Shown here in pieces: positions 33,241 to 33,339 of a DNA stretch of 33,339 nt. The notes beneath the pieces were generated by a model that saw nothing but the letters and a program-made list of their open reading frames with translations, was not told the DNA's origin and did no database searches. The translations under genes and the position numbers were made by a program. The stretch covers positions 1 through 33,339 of the forward strand of contig CAZLFM010000003.1 in NCBI GenBank assembly GCA_964558845.1, in the 5' to 3' direction. Each line of letters begins with the position of its first letter. Position 1 is the stretch's first letter. Source of the stretch: an uncultured Candidatus Saccharibacteria bacterium. GTDB lineage: Bacteria; Patescibacteriota; Minisyncoccia; Phycocordibacterales; WO2-35-19.

Positions 33241-33339
33241 TTATTTGGTTGCTTCGAGGAAATTGTTTTCAATCACGCTCCAATTGAGATTGGCGAAAAA
33301 ATCTTCGACGTATTGTTTTTTGCCACTGGGCTGATAGTC
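33241..33339 (-). CDS. C-terminal fragment of an unidentified protein (gene continues past the window edge)
   Basis: The minus-strand frame is open from the window edge to the TAA at 33243-33241: ...DYQPSGKKQYVEDFFANLNWSVIENNFLEATK*. I read this by hand; it is not in the ORF track. Confidence 0.35.
   Translation of the reverse strand, partial: DYQPSGKKQYVEDFFANLNWSVIENNFLEATK

Noticed and set aside
1-33339. CRISPR arrays, rRNA genes, classical IS/transposase genes, and alternative genetic code
   Set aside because: I saw no regularly spaced direct repeats, no rRNA-like sequence and no transposase motifs. All well-supported genes read through with the standard code 11, with no in-frame TGA or TAG needed.

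Overview
The window is a gene-dense stretch of a small-genome bacterium. Gene content suggests a Patescibacteria/CPR-like organism, but that is inference and no database search was run. All product calls rest on motifs I recognise in the supplied translations. RNA genes, repeats and hairpins were read directly from the nucleotide sequence.

Housekeeping genes:
- ftsH, smpB plus an adjacent tmRNA, and a PcrA/UvrD helicase
- a LysM-M23 peptidase
- infC-rpmI-rplT, hup, yraN, cca, xth, xerC-like, rpsO, tpiA-pgk and a HIT hydrolase
- recJ-rnhA-comEC

Type IV pilus module:
- pilB, pilC and three prepilin-like proteins of 603, 205 and 487 aa at 20.1-27.1 kb
- a separate major-pilin gene at 205-627

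Accessory-looking genes:
- 8.8-11.4 kb: a nucleotidyltransferase, a LAGLIDADG-like HTH protein, an RNHCP zinc-ribbon protein and a DoxX-like membrane protein
- 16.2-19.0 kb: a RelE/ParE-RHH toxin-antitoxin pair, a tyrosine recombinase, a LabA/NYN protein and two unknown ORFs, with a second NYN paralog after rpsO

RNA genes: six intact tRNAs (Ile-UAU, Gly-UCC, Pro-UGG, Gly-GCC, Arg-CCU, Arg-UCG), none with an encoded CCA, plus the tmRNA.

Most unusual observations:
1. An intact tRNA-Arg(CCU) is nested inside the D-loop of a degenerate tRNA-like shell. It is bracketed by GC-rich complementary arms and exact direct repeats (12266-12450).
2. A family of CCCG(Y)CCG...(Y)GGGCGG hairpins sits in intergenic leaders at 7.6, 8.4, 12.3 and 29.4 kb.
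3. An orphan unit of strong promoter, roughly 140-nt Y-shaped structured RNA and intrinsic terminator lies next to the tmRNA (3620-3801).
4. A 460-nt gene-free block contains stacked hairpins (14204-14663).
5. There is a 5' half-copy of tRNA-Pro, and a 43-nt duplicate of a pseudopilin leader elsewhere in the window.

No CRISPR array, rRNA or classical IS element was seen.
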